Assembly (NCBI GenBank): GCA_027488835.1
Contig: JAIYAW010000004.1
Coordinates: forward strand, 71,271-135,270
Length of the DNA: 64,000 nucleotides
Direction of reading: 5' to 3'
Source: Bacteroidota bacterium
GTDB lineage: Bacteria; Bacteroidota; Bacteroidia; NS11-12g; UBA955
The stretch's first letter is position 1, and every line of letters begins with the position of its first letter. This document shows positions 56,594 to 64,000 of the stretch, one piece after another. The notes below the pieces were generated by a model. It was not told the origin of the DNA. It ran no database searches and was given only the letters and a program-made list of their open reading frames with translations. The position numbers were made by a program, and so were the translations under genes.

Positions 56594-59500
56594 ATGAATT
56601 GGTTGAGAATCCTTATTCTTATTACTTTAAATTTCATATTTAACAGCAGTCATGCTCAAAACTACTCAGTAAGTTTTGATGGGGTAAACGATTATGTTCA
56701 AATTCCTTCCAATATTTATGCTTCGTCAGTTTCTAATTTTACAATTGAATGTTGGGTAAAACCGAATTCTGGATCATTCAATAATAATTATCACGCGATT
56801 TTTGGTTGTCAAAATATAGCTACTGGCCTTACCTATGACCGAAATCCTGGATTATGGGTAATTAATGGAACCATACATTACGATATGTATGAACCAACTA
56901 CAATGACCCGATATACGGGAAACTCAGCAACAACCATTGCCCAAGACAAATGGTGTCACTTGGCACTTGTGAAATCAGGAACATCCCTCAAATTATACAT
57001 AAATGGCAAGGTCGATATTTCTGCTACGGTTTCAACAAACGTGCGTGTTGTAGGCAACTACAGAATTGGATACACTGATAATTATTTCTCCGGCTTGATT
57101 GATGAAGTCCGTTTTTGGAGCACTGCGAGAACACAGCAAGAATTGTTGAATTTTTTGTATAAATCACCTGCATACAATTCCACTGGGTTAATAGCCATGT
57201 ATAAAATGAATTCCAGCAGTGGTACCACCGCCGTTAACACCTGCACCAATACCGCGAGTATCAATGCAACCCTGACCAATGGACCTACTTGGGCAAGTAG
57301 TGCGTCTGTTGCTTTTAGTGCAAACGCAATAAATTTATCTGGCACTTCCGATTATCTGCAAGGAGATTTAACCGGTTCCGCTAGCTCTACTGTAACCATG
57401 GAATGCTGGATAAAGTTTAATAGTTTGACAGGACAACAGAATTTTCTAGGTCTATATCAAAGTTTGGTGCCCGGTACAAGTTGCCGCATGATTCCATACA
57501 AAACTGCAAGCAACACTATAGATTGTTATTTTTGTAATGCTGCGGGAACTGCATCAAATACAACTTCAAGTTTCACTGTTGCCGCAAATACCTGGTACCA
57601 TATGGCCTTTGTTTATGATAACAACAAGTCTTATGTATACATCAATGGCACCTTAAGGGCATCAAATACATCTGCCGTTACATATTCTTTAGACGGAGCC
57701 GATGTTTTGGCTGTAGGTGCTGATAGAACCAGTGGTCAATCGGCAATTAATGCGGATGTAACGATTGATGAATTGCGCATTTGGACAACCGCCCGATCCG
57801 CTGCCCAAATTGGAGAAAATTACGATAAGTATATACCAGTTACAACCACGGGTATGTTGGCGTATTATCCTTTTGATCAAGGAAATCCGAGTAATACCAA
57901 TACCGATTTGACGCAATTTTACAACGCAAGGGCGAATGGAGATTTGTTTCCCGGCAGCTTAACGATGTCTGGAAGTTCGTCTAATTTAGTTGCTCAAGGA
58001 TCTGCACTCAGTTCTAATTATACTTGGATGGGAAACACCAATACTTCGTTTGCCACTGCTACAAATTGGTCTGAGGAAGTTGTACCACCAACTTCTGCAA
58101 ATATTGAAGTAATTTCTAATGCTACTTATTTACCTGTATTAGACCAATCAAGGGTAATTGGTGATTTGATTCTCCCTTCTTCTAGTACTTTTTCCTTAAA
58201 TGGGTATACGCTTACCGTTGATGGGAAATTGTCGGGAACAGGAACTTTTATTGCCGGAGGTACATCGGCACTTAATTTTTTAACGAGTTATTCAGCATCA
58301 ACCCTATATTTAAGTCAAACTACCAACAGAACTACCAATTCATTAACAAGTTTATCGTTTTCTATGTCCTATGGAGCCTCTATTACTTTGGGGAATACCA
58401 CTTTTGTTACAGGATTATTTGGCTTGACATCAGGAACTGTAAATACGGGTGGAAATTTAACCCTGAGAAGTACTTCTTCAGGTACATGTATGACCACCGA
58501 TATGTCGGATGGCACATTGTCTGGGAATGTAACCGTAGAGCGTTATATTCCGGGTAGAAGAGCCTTTAGACTATTGAGTTCTCCAGTTTCGACAACGAAT
58601 ACCATTTACAACAATTGGCAAGAAGGTGGTAGCGCGGTGGCTGGATTTGGAACCCACATCACGGGTTCGTCAACGGGTAGCAACGGGTTTGATGCCACGG
58701 CTTCTGGAAATCCCTCATTGTTTACGCTCAACAATTTAAATTCAACATGGAGTGCAATTAACAGCACAAACAATGCTACCAATGACAAACTTGTAGCGGG
58801 TGTTCCATATCGATTACTCATTCGTGGAGATAGAACAATTTCTCTAACATCTGCCAATCCAACAGCAACAAATACAACATTAAGGGCAACTGGAACATTA
58901 TATTCAGGCAACAAGACATTTAGTGGTTTAAATACAGAAGCCAGCGCATTTAGTTTGATTGGAAATCCTTATCAAGCTGCAGTTGATATGAATACTTTAT
59001 TGTCTTCTGCATCGTATAACACAAACTTAAATGCGGTTTACTATTATGTTTGGGATCCAACGGTAGGCAATAGAGGTGCTTATGTGACGATAGACTTAAG
59101 TACAAACACAAATAACGTTTCTGGCTCAAAGGCAAATAAATACTTGCAACCATGGCAGGGTTGTTTTGTGAAAACAAAAAATACTGGTACTGCAAGTTTT
59201 ACTTTTTCAGAAATGGCGAAGAATACTACTTCAACAGCTACTTGGCGCACCAGTTTTGACATCCCTAGAATGTCTGTGAATATCTATCAAACCGATTCTC
59301 TGAAAAATGATCAATTGCCGCTCGATGGTTTGCAAGTTAGATTTAAAGATACATATTCACCATTGATAGATGATTACGACGCTTTAAAGCCCCAAAATCA
59401 AGATGAAAACTTTTCAATCTTGCTACTGGGTAATAAATTAAGCATCGAATGTAGAAATAATCCAGAATCAACCGATACCATTCAGTTTTTGTTGGAACAA

Positions 59501-59956
59501 ACCCGTCACACTGATTATACACTTAAATTTGAACCGATGAACATCAATGGAATCGATTTTGTGTTATGGGATAATTATTTAAAACAATCTACTCAATTGT
59601 CTCGTTCTGAAACCAGTTACTATAGATTTCAGTTAGATCCTCAAGTTTTGGAAAGTAAAGCAAGTGACCGTTTTAGTTTGTTGAGTTCATCAGGCATGAT
59701 GTCAACTAAAGACGAGAGTAAAATGAATGTTTCATTGGTTCCAAATCCAAGCTCAGGCATTGTTCGTTTGGTGGCACCAACGTCAACTTTTGTGCATCAC
59801 ATCAATATTCTCAATATTGAGGGACAATTCATAAAGGAAATACCGAAGAGTCAGCTAACTTCAATAAACATGGAAGGATTTCCAACTGGCATTTACATTT
59901 TTGAAATTTGGGACAATCAATCGAATAGGTCGATGATCAAGTTTTGTAAAGAGTAA
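56594..59956 (+). CDS. T9SS-secreted protein with two LamG/ConA-like domains
   Basis: Signal peptide; FDGVNDYV..FTIECWVK..WCHLA..IDEVRFW and a second repeat (TMECWIK..WYHMA..IDELRIW); CTD VPNP...GQFIK...GIYIF..KFCKE. Confidence 0.9.
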   Translation: MNWLRILILITLNFIFNSSHAQNYSVSFDGVNDYVQIPSNIYASSVSNFTIECWVKPNSGSFNNNYHAIFGCQNIATGLTYDRNPGLWVINGTIHYDMYEPTTMTRYTGNSATTIAQDKWCHLALVKSGTSLKLYINGKVDISATVSTNVRVVGNYRIGYTDNYFSGLIDEVRFWSTARTQQELLNFLYKSPAYNSTGLIAMYKMNSSSGTTAVNTCTNTASINATLTNGPTWASSASVAFSANAINLSGTSDYLQGDLTGSASSTVTMECWIKFNSLTGQQNFLGLYQSLVPGTSCRMIPYKTASNTIDCYFCNAAGTASNTTSSFTVAANTWYHMAFVYDNNKSYVYINGTLRASNTSAVTYSLDGADVLAVGADRTSGQSAINADVTIDELRIWTTARSAAQIGENYDKYIPVTTTGMLAYYPFDQGNPSNTNTDLTQFYNARANGDLFPGSLTMSGSSSNLVAQGSALSSNYTWMGNTNTSFATATNWSEEVVPPTSANIEVISNATYLPVLDQSRVIGDLILPSSSTFSLNGYTLTVDGKLSGTGTFIAGGTSALNFLTSYSASTLYLSQTTNRTTNSLTSLSFSMSYGASITLGNTTFVTGLFGLTSGTVNTGGNLTLRSTSSGTCMTTDMSDGTLSGNVTVERYIPGRRAFRLLSSPVSTTNTIYNNWQEGGSAVAGFGTHITGSSTGSNGFDATASGNPSLFTLNNLNSTWSAINSTNNATNDKLVAGVPYRLLIRGDRTISLTSANPTATNTTLRATGTLYSGNKTFSGLNTEASAFSLIGNPYQAAVDMNTLLSSASYNTNLNAVYYYVWDPTVGNRGAYVTIDLSTNTNNVSGSKANKYLQPWQGCFVKTKNTGTASFTFSEMAKNTTSTATWRTSFDIPRMSVNIYQTDSLKNDQLPLDGLQVRFKDTYSPLIDDYDALKPQNQDENFSILLLGNKLSIECRNNPESTDTIQFLLEQTRHTDYTLKFEPMNINGIDFVLWDNYLKQSTQLSRSETSYYRFQLDPQVLESKASDRFSLLSSSGMMSTKDESKMNVSLVPNPSSGIVRLVAPTSTFVHHINILNIEGQFIKEIPKSQLTSINMEGFPTGIYIFEIWDNQSNRSMIKFCKE

Positions 59957-59960
59957 ATAA

Positions 59961-62517
<2,557 letters not shown>

Positions 62518-62563
62518 TTAGTTTGTTTTTTCAAAATTACCCCGTTACTTTGTTTTATAAAAA

Positions 62564-62597
62564 CTATATTGTCAATAGCAATATTGATAAAATCGAT
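62564..62597. promoter_or_regulatory. Putative OxyR operator in the katG-oxyR divergent region
   Basis: CTAT-N7-ATAG (62564-62578) and ATTG-N7-CGAT (62583-62597) resemble OxyR ATAG-N7-CTAT elements; partial match only. Confidence 0.45.
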
Positions 62598-63531
62598 GAA
62601 TATACATCAATTCAAATACATACTGGCATTGGCGGAGAGCCGTCATTTTGAAAATGCAGCCGACAAATGTTGTATCACACAATCAACACTAAGCACCATG
62701 ATTTCTAAGTTTGAGGATGAGGTAGGAATTATGTTGTTTGACAGAAAGAAAAAACCTGTTGAAATTACTACCGAAGGGGTGATTATTATAGAGCAGTTAA
62801 AAAAGATAACCAAAGAAATTGAGCAATTGTCTGAAATTACCAAGGAAATAAAGGGTGAAGTTTCAGGGAATTTAACCTTGTCGGTTATTCCTACCGTTGC
62901 CCCTGGTTTATTGCCTTTGTTTTTAACAGATTTTGCGATGAAGTTTCCCAATTTGAATATCGACATTCAAGAGCAAACCACAGAAGAAATTATGCGTCAA
63001 ATCAAATCGCGCGATTTGGATATTGGCATTGTGTCAATTCCATTAAACGACAAAGATTTGCGTGAAATTCATTTGTATGATGAACCTTTTGTTTTTTACG
63101 ACACAACATCCCTCAATAATAATAAAGTGAATGCCAACGAATTGGATGTGAGTAATATCTGTTTGTTAGATGAGGGACATTGTATGCGCGCACAAATTTT
63201 GGAACTTTGCAATTTGCACAAAAAACGTTTGAATTACGGTGCAAATTTTAAGTATAATGCGGGATCGATTGACAGTTTGATGCGTTTTGTAAAGGCAAAT
63301 AAAGCATCCACGTTGTTGCCGTATTTATCAGTCACTGATTTTTCTGAAAACGAAATTCAGCACATTCACGAGTTTGAAAGTCCGATGCCATTTCGATCAA
63401 TTGGCATTGTGGTACACCGGCATTTCGTAAAGCAGCAGGTGTTGGAGGCCTTGAAAACGGAGATTTTGAATAAAGTGTCGCCTTTGTTGCTGCAAACGGA
63501 GTTGGAGGGGCAGAAGTTGAATCCAATATAG
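62596..63531 (+). CDS. oxyR: OxyR-like peroxide-sensing LysR regulator
   Basis: HTH AADKCCITQSTLS; LLDEGHCMRAQILELC with two Cys nine residues apart (C199/C208 spacing); divergent from katG. Start moved to ATG 62596. Confidence 0.85.
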   Translation: MNIHQFKYILALAESRHFENAADKCCITQSTLSTMISKFEDEVGIMLFDRKKKPVEITTEGVIIIEQLKKITKEIEQLSEITKEIKGEVSGNLTLSVIPTVAPGLLPLFLTDFAMKFPNLNIDIQEQTTEEIMRQIKSRDLDIGIVSIPLNDKDLREIHLYDEPFVFYDTTSLNNNKVNANELDVSNICLLDEGHCMRAQILELCNLHKKRLNYGANFKYNAGSIDSLMRFVKANKASTLLPYLSVTDFSENEIQHIHEFESPMPFRSIGIVVHRHFVKQQVLEALKTEILNKVSPLLLQTELEGQKLNPI

Positions 63532-63716
63532 GGGAATTCTAAGGTTTATAACGGTTGGGAATTCTAAGGTTTAGAAAGGTTTATAAGAGTTTATAAAGGT
63601 TTATAAGTGTTTAGTTTTGGAATTTTAATTAAACAGCGAAGCGTAAACAGGCGAAGCCGTAAACGCGCGAAGTGCTGTCAACAGGCGAAGCCGTCAACGC
63701 ACGAAGTGCTGTAAAC
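63532..63716 (+). repeat. Modular intergenic repeat element, copy 5
   Basis: Duplicated left end GGGAATTCTAAGGTTTA (63532, 63557), GTTTATAAGA/GTTTATAAAG/GTTTATAAGT, then five GAA-loop hairpins separated by GT(A/C)AAC. Confidence 0.9.
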
Positions 63717-63788
63717 AAAAAAAAAAATCCCACATGCAACAATTTAATCACTATTATTGTCAATAACTTAACAACCAATTTTTTGCGT

Positions 63789-64000
63789 ATGAAATTAAAA
63801 TTACAAACCGCTATTTTAATCCTTTTAGGATTGTTTTATTTGAATGCAGCAAACGCCCAATTAGGCGGACAAATTACTGCATCCTTAATTTCTAGTACCA
63901 AAGTGGTGGTGAAAGTTGAAATTTACCGCGATTGTAAAGGTTTAGCATACAATAAAAATAGTTTTAGCTATGGTTGTTTCCTTTGGAAATCATCTACAAA
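63789..64000 (+). CDS. Secreted protein N-terminus (likely T9SS cargo), runs off the window
   Basis: Not in the ORF track. Manual translation MKLKLQTAILILLGLFYLNAANAQLGGQIT...VEIYRDCKG: signal peptide plus the GG.IT...YRDC.G motif seen at the start of many Bacteroidota T9SS substrates. Confidence 0.7.
   Translation, partial: MKLKLQTAILILLGLFYLNAANAQLGGQITASLISSTKVVVKVEIYRDCKGLAYNKNSFSYGCFLWKSST

Overview
AT-rich bacterial chromosomal segment, almost certainly Bacteroidota: TAnnTTTG -7 promoter boxes, no Shine-Dalgarno sequences, T9SS C-terminal sorting domains, and the rpsU-xerC gene order. Bases 1-26 kb are mostly core genes (ABC transporter, deoxynucleoside kinase, a dihydroorotase homologue lacking its metal ligands, xerC, rpsU, acyl-CoA dehydrogenase, Mrp/NifU, tdk, comEC, tatD, glycosyltransferases). 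Bases 27-36 kb hold T9SS cargo proteins and an OlsF-like acyltransferase. Bases 36-42 kb hold a sulfur-oxidation/sulfane-sulfur cluster (porin, TauE, TsdA, persulfide dioxygenase-rhodanese, 2x YeeE) preceded by two CRP/FNR-type boxes. A tRNA-Ser(GGA) at 47.05 kb is flanked by highly structured DNA and followed by hypothetical genes. The end has ahpC, a LamG T9SS protein and divergent katG/oxyR. The most striking unexplained signal is a five-copy family of 150-250 bp modular intergenic elements: a GGGAATT end, 10-bp-phased GTTTATAANN repeats, then an array of GNA-loop mini-hairpins joined by GT(A/C)AAC or ATCTAAAC linkers. The elements usually start at a gene's stop codon, and two copies bracket a 3.4-kb T9SS gene as direct repeats. 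Also notable: -7 promoter boxes sit 3-5 nt before many start codons, implying widespread leaderless mRNAs. All calls come from reading the sequence and recognising motifs; no searches were run.
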